A stretch of 63,829 nt of DNA, the filler included, from Bigelowiella natans CCMP2755 (taxonomy: Eukaryota; Protista; Cercozoa): the NCBI GenBank assembly GCA_000320545.1. It is 7 parts of 7 records of this genome, joined end to end, with 100 filler letters (N's around TTAATTAATTAA, not from the genome) between each part and the next. Parts side by side here need not be neighbours in the genome. Positions count along the whole stretch, not along the records: positions 1 to 5,821 come from ADNK01000071.1; positions 5,922 to 23,223 come from ADNK01000297.1; 5 more parts are not named here. One strand, written 5' to 3'. The position numbers and the translations under genes are program-made. The notes below the pieces were generated by a model. It saw nothing but the letters and a program-made list of their open reading frames with translations. It had not been told where the DNA came from and searched no databases. Positions 1-12,954 of this stretch are shown in pieces. Positions within the stretch are counted from its first letter, which is position 1, and each line of letters starts with the position of its first letter.

Positions 1-268
1 GAGGCGACCTGCCACGTCATGGTAGATGTCTTTTAACTTGCGTAGCTATGGTGATGACGATGGCGATAGTGATGAGGGCGATGATAGTGGTGAGGGTGGT
101 GGTGGTGATGGTACGTTGAGATCGTTCTTGTGTTTGACAAAAAAAAGAAATAATAATAACTGAGTTTGGAGCCGGAATCATTCACAGCCGATTGGTTTTC
201 ATGCCCCTCCCCCCTCCCTCCTCCCTCCCTCTTACTTGCCTCCATTGACCTCCTCTTATCTTTTGTAG

Positions 269-1770
269 GATCGCACCAAAGTGTTCGGCGAGGCGTTCCG
301 TCTGCTCAAGGAAGGGGGCATGTTTGCTTCCTACGAGTGGCTGATGACCGACAACTATGACCCTACTAATGAGGTGAGAGGAGGAGGAGGAGGAGGAAGA
401 GAAAGAAAATGGAGGGGGGGTGGTTAAAATCTTCATCGTGTGGTAGTATAGCTCGTAGCTATTGTGCTCGGAGAAGTGCGAGTGGTGGTAAATTGGCAGT
501 TCTTTCGCCTTTAGCAGCAGCAGAAACAGTAGAAGAAGAAGAAGAAGAAGAAGAAGAAGAAGATGAAGATGGTAATGGTAAAGAGGAAAAAGTAGCTATA
601 GAGATTTTACTCCTCTCAATAAACAACAGCGCGCTGTCGGCATCACCATTAGCAATATCGTCACCATTGTTATTTCAGGAACACAAGATTATTAAGAGGG
701 GCATCGAGCATGGCGATGGTTTGCCGGAGCTTATCGGTACAAAACGCAGAGTATGCGATAACTCTCTCCTCCCCCCCCCCTTCCGCCCCCTTCGCTATCT
801 CTTACACGCTATCTCTTATACACGAATGCATGTATTCAGGTATTAAGGCTGCGGTACAGGCGCTGAAAGACGTTGGGTTTGAAGTGGTGGAGGTACGGCC
901 AATACTCGTATAATTTAGGGAACATGTTTTTGGAGGGGGGGGGGGGGAGAGGAGACCGGGTCTCCTAAGATTGGACAGAGTGGACGATTAGATCTGATCT
1001 AACAATGGCTTATTGCATATTTTCTCTTCCCTCTGCCCTCTCTCACCCCCTCCCCCGTAGCATTTCGACCTCAACCATTATGCAAAGGAGGCGTATGGAC
1101 CAAAGAACATTCCCTGGTACAATACCACTACCGTCAGCAATACACCTGTTTCTCTGTATGCATGCTAGTGCACGTGTGTGACACCGCCTTTCATAAAATG
1201 CCAAAGCTATCTAAAATAGCGAACAAGCGACCACGAAAGCGCTGATGATGAGTGCGTTGTGCTTTGCAATGTGAAGGTACCGAACCCTTGAAGCCGACTG
1301 GACGCTTGATGGTTGGAAGCACACCGTCGTAGGAAGGAAATTCACAGAAATCATGGTTCGAGTCCTCGAGTCCATTGGCATTGCTGCAGAAGGTGTCTTC
1401 AGTAGTACTGATATTGTTCTCGCTGCTGCTGCTCCAGTTGTCATTTATGTTTATGCCGCTCTCCCCAGTCTCGACTAAGCGCTGTTCGGAATACTTCGAA
1501 AACCATACGGTCACATCCCCGCGGGGATATGACGAATTCACAATGATGTCATCTGTATTCTTCTTTTCCCTGCAAGTCGTCAGTCGTTATGATTTGCAAC
1601 TGCACACTTAATTAAGCACCAACTGAACAACATTCTCTTAATATCTACCAGGATCCTTTGCGACGCTGCAGATGCTGGAAGATGCAGCCACGCACCTGGT
1701 TAAGGGTGGACAGCAGGACCTTTTCACGCCAATGTACCTTGTCGTAGCCAGGAAGCCGGCGAAGAACTAA
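269..1770 (+). CDS. SMT1: Sterol 24-C-methyltransferase (SMT1/ERG6 family), 3' part, spliced; 5' end outside the window
   Basis: GT-AG exons 269-373, 679-736, 840-892, 1061-1116, 1277-1392 and 1652-1770 join in frame: [54 protein letters not shown]...IPWYRTL...[21 protein letters not shown]. The YEW, GIE.GDGLP and FTPMY..ARKP motifs are typical of sterol methyltransferases. Confidence 0.93.
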
Positions 1771-1826
1771 ACGTTCGAGTGTAATGGCCAGGAAGCCTGC
1801 GAAGAACTAAACTTTCGAGAGTAGGG
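1747..1826 (+). repeat. 40-bp tandem duplication of the SMT stop-codon region
   Basis: gccaggaagccggcgaagaactaaacgttcgagtgtaatg is followed directly by gccaggaagcctgcgaagaactaaactttcgagagtaggg (35/40 identical). Confidence 0.9.
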
Positions 1827-2569
1827 AACCTCTTGGACAGCTATGTCGCGTTAGATGCATTCGAGATTGTATGTGCTGAGAAGTGCAGAAATGTGTCGAT
1901 GACCAGCCTAGTCCGGTTAACTGCTGTTCATCATGCTCGCTAGCATTCGATCGCTCGTTTGGGCTCCTGCTACGTGGAGATCTGTTCTCTAAGTTTCACT
2001 TATTTTGAGATCTTTTGGCTGCGTGCAGCAAACAGGCGAGGCACATGACAGCCGGGCTTGTCCATCTTGACAGCACACGCAGTCGAGAATCGCTACTTGC
2101 TCTGCATGTGATGAAATTGTGCTGCATCATTACTGTGTCTATTATTTATATGAATACCATCAGCTACTAGCTGGGCTCAGATAGCCGCGAAACCAATTGA
2201 CTGCCATCATATGAATTAAAATGATGAGATGAAACTACTATCTGAAGCTGAAAAAGATTAGAAGCACAGACCGCTGCGCGTACTGCCTGCACGACACCGA
2301 CGACAGGATGTAGATGCGCTTTTAAATGCATAGAACACATGATAGAAGAGACAAATAGATATACCATAAGCGCTTTTAGCCGCTGCTTTGCATGGCTACA
2401 TTGAAAACTTAGTACTTCATCACTTTATCATAATAGTCTCATATTAGGTTGTCTGTAAATATAATAGTCCCTTACATATTTTTTCACCACCGTATTGAGC
2501 TTGGGTTTTTGTGTCTAGGTGGGCATGCTCCGCCAGACTGTCTCCACGAATAGAATCGACCAAAAAGCT

Positions 2570-3535
2570 TCAATCTTCTACTATTTGGTTTATAAACTTC
2601 CTGGCAAAATGTTGGCAGTTGTTACCATCCCATACGTATCCACGTTCAATGGATTTCCTTGTTTTACTCCCCTCAGAATACAAATTGTGCACGATATCTT
2701 CAAGTGTCATTGGTTTCCTTAGTTTCTTCCGAGAACTTATTGGAAAGACATTCGAATTCTCGTATACTTTTTGAAAGTTAAAGGCATCTTCCTTTGTGTC
2801 GAAGAGGGTAATGTTTGGAAGTAGGCCTTCGCTCCTTGGAATATCGTTTTTGATCTTTTGCACTATGCTCGTCGCTGCAATCTCCATCATTTTTAACACA
2901 TCCCTTGCTCCGTAATCAATGATGCAGTAACACTTTTTAACAGAAGGGCCTTGTTCTGAAATCAATGTGAATGCTCCCTCAAGAACAACAAACCAGTGGT
3001 TTGCATTTCCAGCTGTTGCTCGAGATATAGAAGCGATTCCCAAAGTTAGCACTTCCAACGCGATTCGGCCCGTTTCAATTGCAGTCTTTCCGGGTAGAGG
3101 TGATGCATATATAGTAGCTTCTGTGAAGGTAATACGTCTGAGCGACATTAATTTGGAAATCTCTTTGTCGTCTTTGAGAGAATCTGAATTACATTTGAAG
3201 CTCCTCAAAACTTTTTGGATTCGAGAAACTCTCCCCCGCTTTTTCAAGATTTCGTTTAGTTCTTTCCTTTCCATTTCGAGGAGACAGTCAGCATCCAACT
3301 CCTCGTCTTTCAGATCCTTTATGGTGTCATCTTGTAGCTTATGCAGATGCTGTACAGCTATCAAATATTTATTCACTTCCTCATAAGATAAATTCTTGAA
3401 CTGCTCTTGAGATTTGATCTTAGATGCCCATATCTTTGCCTCTGCACGTGAAGAAATAATGCCCCCAGTGTTGCCCTTTTCATCACCGAATATCTCGCGA
3501 AATTCTTCCCAACCTTCCAGTTTTTCATCATTAAT
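2570..3535 (-). CDS. Intronless ORF: SAM-like helical domain plus permuted papain-like (PPPDE/LRAT-type) peptidase domain; 5' end unresolved
   Basis: LQDDTIKDLKDEELDADCLLEMERKELNEILKKRGRVSRIQKVL resembles a SAM domain. NHWFVV followed distally by YVWDGNNCQHFARKF gives the His-before-Cys order and NNCxHF motif of permuted NlpC/P60 enzymes. The frame stays open 53 codons upstream of the GTG at 3376 with no ATG. Confidence 0.65.
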   Translation of the reverse strand: MNDEKLEGWEEFREIFGDEKGNTGGIISSRAEAKIWASKIKSQEQFKNLSYEEVNKYLIAVQHLHKLQDDTIKDLKDEELDADCLLEMERKELNEILKKRGRVSRIQKVLRSFKCNSDSLKDDKEISKLMSLRRITFTEATIYASPLPGKTAIETGRIALEVLTLGIASISRATAGNANHWFVVLEGAFTLISEQGPSVKKCYCIIDYGARDVLKMMEIAATSIVQKIKNDIPRSEGLLPNITLFDTKEDAFNFQKVYENSNVFPISSRKKLRKPMTLEDIVHNLYSEGSKTRKSIERGYVWDGNNCQHFARKFINQIVED

Positions 3536-3764
3536 TTATGAGAATTTCAGATCAAAAGGTCCGTACTTGACGATCTATTTGATAGAGCCCACAACCAACG
3601 CACAATACATCACATAAATTGTAGAAAATAGAACGCAACGTGAGCACAAAGCACACGGAATATGAACAATGACAGCGTAGATTATGACAATACATAGCAC
3701 AGAATTTGATGTGCAAAAGAGATTGCAGAATGAAAACAAAGCACACACAGAATGCAGCAGCACG

Positions 3765-3795
<31 letters not shown>

Positions 3796-4674
3796 ACACA
3801 CATACACAAACATACATGTCGTAATCACATCGCATGCCACATCAAGTCTAAAAATATCACTATCAACCTTGTTTCCAGAGCCTCTGGTAATTTCCACCTT
3901 CAACACACCGACGACTTTGGAGCTAAATTTGTTCTTTTTAGGACCGCTGGAATATGACATGTGTACAAGTGCCCTGCCCCAGTTTAGTATTGGTGCTCAC
4001 TGGACTGCTGGACTGCCAGACTGCCCCGCACCGCGTGTTTGCTCAGGCACCAACGCCTCCTTCGTTCGCTTTCAATTGTGCCTTCGCCCAATGAAGGACC
4101 CGTGACCTGACCTCTTCGTGATTTTGACTCTTTGCCAAATCTTGGAATGGGCTCGCATCCGAGCCAACTAGGGATCACATCCTGCGACCTGGTTTTTTCA
4201 TTGTCGCATGGGTGCAATTTTCAAGGTTCATCCAAAATTTCGATTAACGGCCTGTTGGGTTGTTCGGTGTAGCAAATGGCATGCATTTTGGCGTTGTTTC
4301 ATTGAAAAGTGTAGTCGCAGGTAACTTCTAAAGACGAAACTGTCATGGCGTGTCACATGTAACGTAGGTCTACGAGTCACTTGGATCTGTAGTCATTTTC
4401 ATTTTTCTCTGCCAAGTAGATCTAGATCTAGTTGCCAGAACTTACGATCTTCTAAGACCTCTAGCATCGTTACCCAGGTCACACCCCTGCTTGGTGCTGG
4501 GATTTGTGCTTCTCACACTCCTCCTTGCTGTGATAATCTTGATAGTAACGGTGCCACCGGCGGCTGGTCAGGATGTGGTATCCTTTAATTAGCTACCCCA
4601 TCAAGGCGCAAGGTATGAGTCGATGTGTCCTCCGTCATTTGTCCCACACGCGCTGTTCAACTCTCATGTGATCC

Positions 4675-5234
4675 ATGATTATCGTACGATCAGGGAGTTT
4701 AAGGGAGACTCTCATTTACCACTCCCTCCTCGCTACCGTCACTGCTCTCGCAATTACTTTCTACGCGACCGAAGTGCGAGTGATTAAAGCACAGTTTGAC
4801 CATGACACCGGCAACAATTGCCGGCAGAACCCTATCTCAGTATCCACGGCGAACTCACTAATAATGAATGAAGTCGATGCGGCGGTAAGTTTTGAAGAAA
4901 ACATGCCAGAGCGCGTATCAAGTAGATGGCGATAGACTTCGTTGTGTGATTCCATATCGATTCCCACATAAATACCTTCTGACATAGAGTTTTCTTCTTT
5001 TCAAAACAGGACTATTCTGGTGATAAGTGCGAGCAACTCATTCCCGATCTCGTAAAAGGAAAGCATGTTCCTTTAGGTGAGTAAGTAAAATGTCCAGGCT
5101 GCTTCCACTTCTTCTTGGTTCTATTCTGCACAGCCATGTGACTACTGCTCTTTGTACCTTGAAGGTTTCGTATCATTTTGGTACAGGATTTCAAGAGAGG
5201 TCATTTCACACATACAAGATAAAGCATACATCTA

Positions 5235-5286
<52 letters not shown>

Positions 5287-5510
5287 ACACACATATACAA
5301 GTGTGTATGCGCATGCGTAAATATTAACTTCAAAGAAAACAATATATCGAGCTAGAGAAACTCAAGATCAGCACCGTGGGAGTTTACGTGTCATTATTTT
5401 TACCTGGAATAGAAATCGTACCCAAACGGTGTGCATTTCATATCTGTGCAAGGAGAGGTTATGTATATGGGCGGCGGAAACACGTATTTCGCCTATAAGG
5501 TAGCATAGCA
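4675..5510 (+). CDS. Possible uncharacterised spliced gene (fragment)
   Basis: The ORF at 4675 has a hydrophobic segment, followed by exon-like pieces with GT-AG borders (e.g. DYSGDKCEQLIPDLVKGKHVPL at about 5010-5076). I could not resolve a continuous frame. Confidence 0.25.
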
Positions 5511-5568
5511 GTTTATGTTTGGTTGTACGAATCGCGCACAAAGCTATAGCAGATATAGAATTTTCTAT

Positions 5569-5685
<117 letters not shown>

Positions 5686-5821
5686 AGTAGAGAGGAGGAC
5701 ATATATGAGCGTGCTAGGTGTGCGAGCTCTACAAAAAAAAAGACCAACAGAACTCATTTCAGGTGAGAGATGTATGTGTGTATGTCAAAGATATATACTC
5801 TCACTCTCAAAATATCAAACA

Positions 5822-5921
5822 NNNNNNNNNNNNNNNNNNNNNNNNNNNNNNNNNNNNNNNNNNNNTTAATTAATTAANNNNNNNNNNNNNNNNNNNNNNN
5901 NNNNNNNNNNNNNNNNNNNNN
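5822..5921. other. Artificial contig-join linker N44-TTAATTAATTAA-N44 (also 23224-23323, 48354-48453, 58053-58152, 60716-60815, 61968-62067)
   Basis: Six identical 100-bp blocks, each with a 12-mer that places stop codons in all six frames. Confidence 0.97.
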
Positions 5922-5967
5922 TGTATCGTCTCAGTCACGTTAAACCTTTCACCATATGTTCATGCAG

Positions 5968-6085
5968 GTGGAAACGTTAGGAGAGGCACTAAAAGAACTG
6001 AGAGCGGAATACGAAGACGAAAAGGAAAGAGCGGAGGCTCTTGCTGATCAAGCTCGTCAATGTCAGTGTTCTATGATGTGCGTGC

Positions 6086-6120
<35 letters not shown>

Positions 6121-7669
6121 CTTACTGAGTAGGATATTCTCCTTCCAGATAAGTTGGAGGCAGGGAAGGCGGGGGAAGAGCTTTCCAATTTGAGGGAATC
6201 GCAATCCCAAAATGTTAATTTCAAACGCGAAATTCATCGAATGCGCGAGGAGAAGAGTGCGTAGATTTATGTTCCTGAAGAAAGCCGTGAATCGAATTGA
6301 AATAAAAAACAATTGGGAGAGGGGGTATGGGGACAGAGTGTGTTGTGAGTCATAATACTTCTACCTTGAGGAGGGCATGTTGGTTGTTCATGATCACGCA
6401 AACACACGCACACACACACACACACACACGCGCGCGCGCACGTATACATACGCACTTAATCTCAAAGTACAAATGTGAATGAAGACTTCCCCTTTCCCTC
6501 TTCGTGCAAAGCATATAGTAAGTCTTTGAGCCTGTGCTGCGGAGTGAAAAGGGCACACACTTTGACATTCTCTACACCGATGGTGCTTGCTGGTGCTATA
6601 CCGCAAATTTAAATGTTTAATTCTTGTAGAATCGTTCTTGAAACGTGTGAAGACGGTGGAAAGTGAATCAGAGCTAAAAGTAGCCGGCCTAACACAGGAA
6701 ATGGAAGCCCTCAAGGTGAGTGAATTGCTGCAAGTGTCACGAGGAGATCATCGCTCTCTGACCTGAGATCTTCCCCATCTCCTTTCCCAGGCGCAGAAAG
6801 AAGATTTGGAGGAATCGTATAAAAATACGACCGAGAACAACGAGAAGCTACGCGATGAAGTATTCGAGCATCGCTCGGACAAAACGAGCCTGGAGCTCCT
6901 GCACAACGAGCAAGTTGAGGTACAGTAGCACCGCAAAGAAGAAGTCGTGAGGATCTTTTTCCGGTGAATGACGGCGTTGTGCTTTGTCGCAGCCGTTCCC
7001 CTTTTCTGTGTCCCCTGCCCTAGTAACAACCCCTTCCACCCACACCCACCGCACGGTCGCGAAACGTGGTTATGAACGATGGCTTTTATGGACGCAGGAA
7101 ATGGCCAACGAGATGAGGGCGTACTATTCTGAGGAGAAGATGAAGCTCGAAGAAAGGTAGTAATAATGCTAGTAGTAGTAGTAGTAGGAGGAGGAGGAGG
7201 AAGAGGAAGAGGAAGAGGAGAAGGAAGAATCAACTTACTACCAATCTCCACATCAAGTTGTTTTTGTCGTTGCTAACATTGGAATGGTCGTTGTGGCGTG
7301 ATGCCTTCGCTGCCATGCTCTCCGGACTTATTCACCCCCCCCCCTCCCCCCTCCCTCCCCCCTTCGCCCCTGCCCTCCAACTTCTACCCTATTTTCTTAG
7401 CTACATGGCCGAGATCGACGACCTCCAGAAGCGATTAGATGACTCCATAGCCAAGCTGAAGAGTCATCAGGACAGTTTCGTCGCTACATCCGACAAACTA
7501 AAGACCGCCCAGGTATCATTGCAAGATTATCTAACACTGCTACTGTTACCACTACTATCAACCAACAATTCTCCTAATATCGACGACCAATCCATACACC
7601 TTCATTAAATATCCACTGTTACCCCTCCTCTACTTATCTGCTGCTACTATTATTTTTCCAAGCCCTCCT

Positions 7670-7714
<45 letters not shown>

Positions 7715-8115
7715 AATTATCTAACCGTCTACTCGTTCCACCATCATAATCATACACTCGCATACCACCATCGTCATCTACCAGGAGAAATTGAATGAGA
7801 GAAGCGACAGAATCACCGAACTGGAGAGCAGGTGCGAAGAGCAGGAGCGCAAGCTGGCCTTCCATCAAGCGGAGAGTCAAGGGCACATGGAGGCAGCGGC
7901 AAAGCTCGGCGCGCTCAGTGTGAGCGCACAAATCGCCGAGCAGGACATCAAGATGAAAGAGAATGAGATCATAAAGTAGAGTCACTTGTCGCGTCATATC
8001 GTTGTGTGCGCGTGGATGCATAGGGCGATGATCTCGTACCTTACGAATGTTTGATTTTTGGGGACATAGAGTAGCAGCTGCTGGTAGTAGATGGTTATAC
8101 GCGCGCTATGAGTGT

Positions 8116-8158
<43 letters not shown>

Positions 8159-8273
8159 CCATGGTTTTGTGTATAAACTTCATTCTTCTCTATCGCAGAC
8201 TCAATCGTGAGCTATCCGAGGCCCAAAACCAGTCTCTAAAGACGGTAAGAATGAGAAGTGCGAACAAAAACGA

Positions 8274-8327
<54 letters not shown>

Positions 8328-11075
8328 TGTGTGTATAAGTAAGAGAGAGAGAATAGACTGAAAGGGAGAGAATCTTGGAAGTCATCATCATCGCTCATCC
8401 GTTTGTAGCCTTTCTCCTTGCAGCTACTACATTTTTTGCGAGCGGGCAGTCCTTTATTTTGAGAGGAGGGAAACACTAATGGTCTTCTTGCCCTGCGACA
8501 TTTATTGAAGCAGTGGAAGAGAGTATTTGGATGACAATCGTGCCAGCATCTTTCATTCAGTGTTACAACCATCGCTCGTCGTCATGGTATATGCATGCAG
8601 GTGCGAGTACAAAAGGCCCTCACTGCAGAAATGGTGCTCGTGAAGGAAGAGAAGGCCAACCTGCAAGGGAAATTCGAAATGATGAAAACCAACTATGAGG
8701 ACGCGCAGAAACTTCTCGAAGCTATTCGTCCAGAAAACGCGGATTTAAAGCGGCAGCTTAGCGAGGGTTTGGCTCTCATATCACACCTAGTATTATATGT
8801 ACATTAAAGCTCCATACATGTATTTAGAGGGGGAAATAAAAAATGAGTAGAAGAATGCATCTGTTTGCCTTCCCCTTTCTCCCCCTCCCTCGCCTTCTCC
8901 TTCCCACTCACCCCCCCATTCTCTTTCCACCTTATTGTGTGTGTGTGTGTGTATGTGTGTGTGTGTATGCGTCCAAACGAAAAGCTAAACGCGGATGGGA
9001 AAGAGCCCGAGGAGAACTCGAGGAGACGGAAAGCAAAACTGAAGCACTGCAGCTTGAGATTGCGACAATGGCAAAGAAGGCCTTCGACACAGAAAACGAA
9101 CTATCGTCCTTGAAGCAAGTAATATTTACGAAATCTTTAATTTAACTCCATCTTCGTGTGGTGTGTGCAGTTCCCTCCCAATACGCTCATGAAAGTCATC
9201 ATCATCATCATCATTATCATCATCCTCATTGTCATCATCATTATCATCGTTATCATCATCATCAATATTCTCTAGGATTAATTACATTTTTTTGAATGCG
9301 CCCTGTGCATGGGCGGCAATCTTACAACAATTATGATCTTCGTTATTGTGAGTATTTAATATTTCGTTTTTTCCACAATGGCCACGATATGCAAGGAGCT
9401 CAATGCAGCCACTGAGAAGGATGGGCAAGGTGACGCCGAGCGGAAAAGGCTCACTCGGCTCCTGGATGAATCTTGCACGAAGATGGAAGAGCTGCGATCC
9501 AGTCAGGAGAGACACAAAACGGAGATTGTCTTTAAAAACAAGGAGATCACCCAGCTCAAGGAAAAACTATCAGACTGGGAGGAAACGGCAGCCTCGAAGG
9601 TGTACAGCAATGCTTTCCAATGCTTCCCTACTCACTAAGATATCGTACATCGTGGTCGTAGAAAGTTATATAGTACGAGGTAAGGGGGGGAGGGGAGGGG
9701 GGGGAGCACGGAGCGAAGGTGGGCCCTGCAAAAGAGATGGTAGAAGTTACGGAAGAGCAGCACAGCCCCCCACCCCTTAATATCGGCACATTGGCCTTTG
9801 CATTTCGCTTGCTTATAGCGAACCTACACTTGACTCTCTCTCACCACATGCATTCGTTTATTACCTAGGAATCCAAGTTGGAAGACGCGTCGTCCCTTCA
9901 CAAGGTAATGGGGGGAGAAGAAAACGACGACGAAGATACTAGATAATCACTAATAGATGGCAGAAAAGCTCCTATAATTCATTCTACCGAGTCATGACAC
10001 ATGTACGCACGTGTTCACTAGAATGGTGCGCGTCTTCTTCTTCTTCTTCTTCTTCTTCTTCTTCTTCTTTTTCTTCTCCATCTGAATCATCTTTCTCTTC
10101 AGGAGGAGGTCGGCAAACTCGGGGACACTCTCATCTCTCTCCGGGAAGACCTGAGCTCCTACAAGGAGAGACTGAAGGCCAGCCAGGAGAAGCTTAGTCT
10201 GATGATAACGCATGAGAAGCACGAAGAGAAGCTAAGCAAGGAGAAAGAGGCTATCAAACAGGTTGCTACCCTGTGTGCATGTTCCTACAGTCCATGCTTC
10301 AAGACATGTGTCATTTTGCTCAAGAATGCACGTATTCGACAGCCTATCGAAGTAGCATCGGCATCCTCCATGCAGTACATCCTATCAGAAACACCTTTCT
10401 GATGAGCCCCCCCCCCCCCCCTCCCCATCTCGAATAGGACTTCGAAGAGAAGTATCGTCAGCTCAACGCCCGGCTGTTGGACGAAAAGCGATTCCACGAT
10501 ATTGACGTTTCAGCGATTAAGGTAAGCACGTAGTTGTAGTAGTAGCACCATGCGAAGAAGTAGCCGACGCTCCTCCTCTTCTGCCACCATTGTCACTATT
10601 TCCGTATCAGCCATCTTATCATCGTCGTCGCCTCAACCAAAAACACAGGCACAGCAGATTGCCGGCCAGGACAAGCAGCAGCAGGAACTCTACGAGGCGA
10701 AGGCAGACGTGAAGAAACTGAACGAAAAGATCTTGCAGAGCCGCGAATGGGCGTTCTTCCGAGAGAAGGAGCTCGAGCTTGTGCTGGATGAGCAGCGTCA
10801 GAAGGAGAACGTGTGGGAGGCCTATGCGCAGAAGCTTGCCAGGCTGCTCGGCATGGCCACAGGTCATCAGTAGTTGTAGTAGTTGTAGTAGCCGGGGAAT
10901 GATTGGCTGCGATGATTTGTGATTTTTTTAAAAGCGAGAACGATGATGATGAATTATATTGCTTCCTGTTGGACCTCACATCCCATTCCAATCCCAACGA
11001 TCGCTCACTCCTCGTCGTACTCAGAGGGGCAGCAGCAACAGCGCATGCTTTGGCGCATAGCTTACCTAGAGCATA

Positions 11076-11106
<31 letters not shown>

Positions 11107-12755
11107 CACATCAAACTAACTCGATCATTTTGTGGTTGTGGCGGTTAGGCACATTAGAGGAGCAGAAGGACATGAAAGAAAACGCAACGAAGGCGCTGGT
11201 CTCTGTCACTCCTTTCATGGGCTTCAGCGTCGAGGACGACGTTAAGCGAGACGGTCGGGTGGTGGTCAAATCCATCGACATACCCTACGGCAAGGACGAG
11301 GCAGCAGAGGATACAGGAGGAAAGGCGAGGGAGAAAGGGCCCATTCGCGTGGGAGACGAGCTTGTAAGAAACCAACGCACCGGGATACAAGGGGGGGGGC
11401 GGGGAGACGGGGGAGAATGCATCGAATGAGAATATCCTCCACCGTAGTAAATGAAAGGACATGAGTGATGGACGAATGCCGGTTCGTAGGTGACCGTGAG
11501 GGGCGTCAAGTTGAAAAACGCAGCCCATTTCGCAGAGCTCACAAAAGGGACAAGCAAATCGATGAAGCCAGGGAGCCCTGTATGGAGCGAATCTCATCAC
11601 ATTAGTTTAATGCGAGACACCATCGCAACGATATCATCATACCGCATGACACTAAAATCGTGCCGATAGATGAAGTCTGAGATCAGTTTTTTTAGAATCT
11701 CATATTTATTGCAATTGCCCTGGAAAAATGTCAAGATTCGGCTAATTTTATTACAGCGAATGGATGACGAACGATATATTTCTCTACGCCAGAATCTGGC
11801 GCATTGAAAACTATATTAACTCTGAGTCCACAAATTTCACACAAGAAGCAGCTTCTCGTGTCTTTCTATTACGTTCCCACAGTTTGAATTCTTCATTGAC
11901 GATTTCTTGTTGCTGTTCTTTTCAACTCTTCTCGATTCTTCTCTCTTAGGTCCACGTGACTATACGGAGAGGAGGTAAATTGGAGCTGATAACCGTCTGC
12001 GTAGGGGCACGAGGGAACGAAGGTCACAGAGAAATGCTAAAGCGGCGGCGAGTATTAGTATTTCTGAGTACTTTTGAAGAGAGTGAGACTAGTAGAGTAC
12101 CTTTGCATAAAACCCCCGGTTGGCAGGGCAGCACTTTAAATACTCAATCACCCATTGCTTCGATCCATTCTTCCATGCTTTCAGAGTTTGCGTCTTTCAT
12201 TCAGCAACCAATGAATCATTGGACAATTTGCTGAGCATCCTTCCTCTGTTTCCCCCTCCCTCCCGTCCAGGGCACTCCACCGCTGAGTTGGTGAAAAAAT
12301 GGGATTTGGCGCACGGTTTCTTACCAGATGACTACCTTGGTTCAGTTGCGAAAATTTCCAGGCCTGGAAAGCTGAATCTCAGCAATATATCCAGAACTTC
12401 GCCAAAGACCAGGAAGCGCTCCTCTCTGAGTAATACTGTAGACGTTTGGGTTGACTACCGTCGCAAGTTTACACTCGTCGTCAAAAAGTGCTCTTCCCTG
12501 ACGCTGCTATCATCGTAGATAGCATCGTCATGATAACCAAGTAGCAAGTGTATCACCCTCCTTCGTCATCTGACTGTTGATCCAACCACAGCTTCGAAGA
12601 GAACGCCCAAAACCGTATCTCTGGGGGGGACGCCTAACCTCAGTCGCCGCACCTCTCGTGTGGGTTCTCGCGTAGCCTCTCGTACGAGCTCTAAGAGGGG
12701 GTCGAGGAATAACTCTGTGGTTTCACCAAGGATCGCATCAAATCGGGTTACTTAA
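5968..12755 (+). CDS. Long coiled-coil protein with a C-terminal PDZ-like domain, multi-exon, 5'-truncated
   Basis: Many E/K/Q/L-rich exons (VETLGEALKELRAEYEDEKERAE; MAEIDDLQKRLDDSIAKLKSHQ; QQQELYEAKADVKKLNEKILQ) precede a PDZ-like series: PFMGFSVEDD..RVVVKSID..KGPIRVGDEL / VTVRGVKLKNAAHFAEL / VHVTIRRGGKLELITVCVGAR. A basic Ser/Arg tail ends at TAA 12753-12755, though the stop assignment is not certain. Confidence 0.7.
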
Positions 12756-12954
12756 TATAACAGCCATCCATCGCTACAATGATTTCAGTGGAGGAGGAGG
12801 AGGAGGAGGAGGAGGAGGAGGAGGAGGAGGAGAGCTGTGGTGAGAGTGGTAGTAATTATGGTGGCCCCGTCATTTCAGAAGAAGGGAAACCGTTAGGCCT
12901 TTCGCTTTCGTTCATACCAGCAGTCAATCTTATGCTTTCTTCGTTGTATTATGC

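Noticed and set aside
1191-1541. 116-aa minus-strand ORF inside SMT
   Set aside because: It is antisense to a well-supported SMT exon and its introns.
3536-3580. Alternative genetic code (TAA/TAG read-through) upstream of the SAM-peptidase ORF
   Set aside because: SMT, the carboxylesterase and other clear genes terminate at TAA and have no in-frame TAA/TAG.
3552-3960. ORFs with CVCVCV/HTHTHT/IYIYIY/SLSLSL tracts here and throughout the track
   Set aside because: They are translations of dinucleotide microsatellites in introns or spacers.
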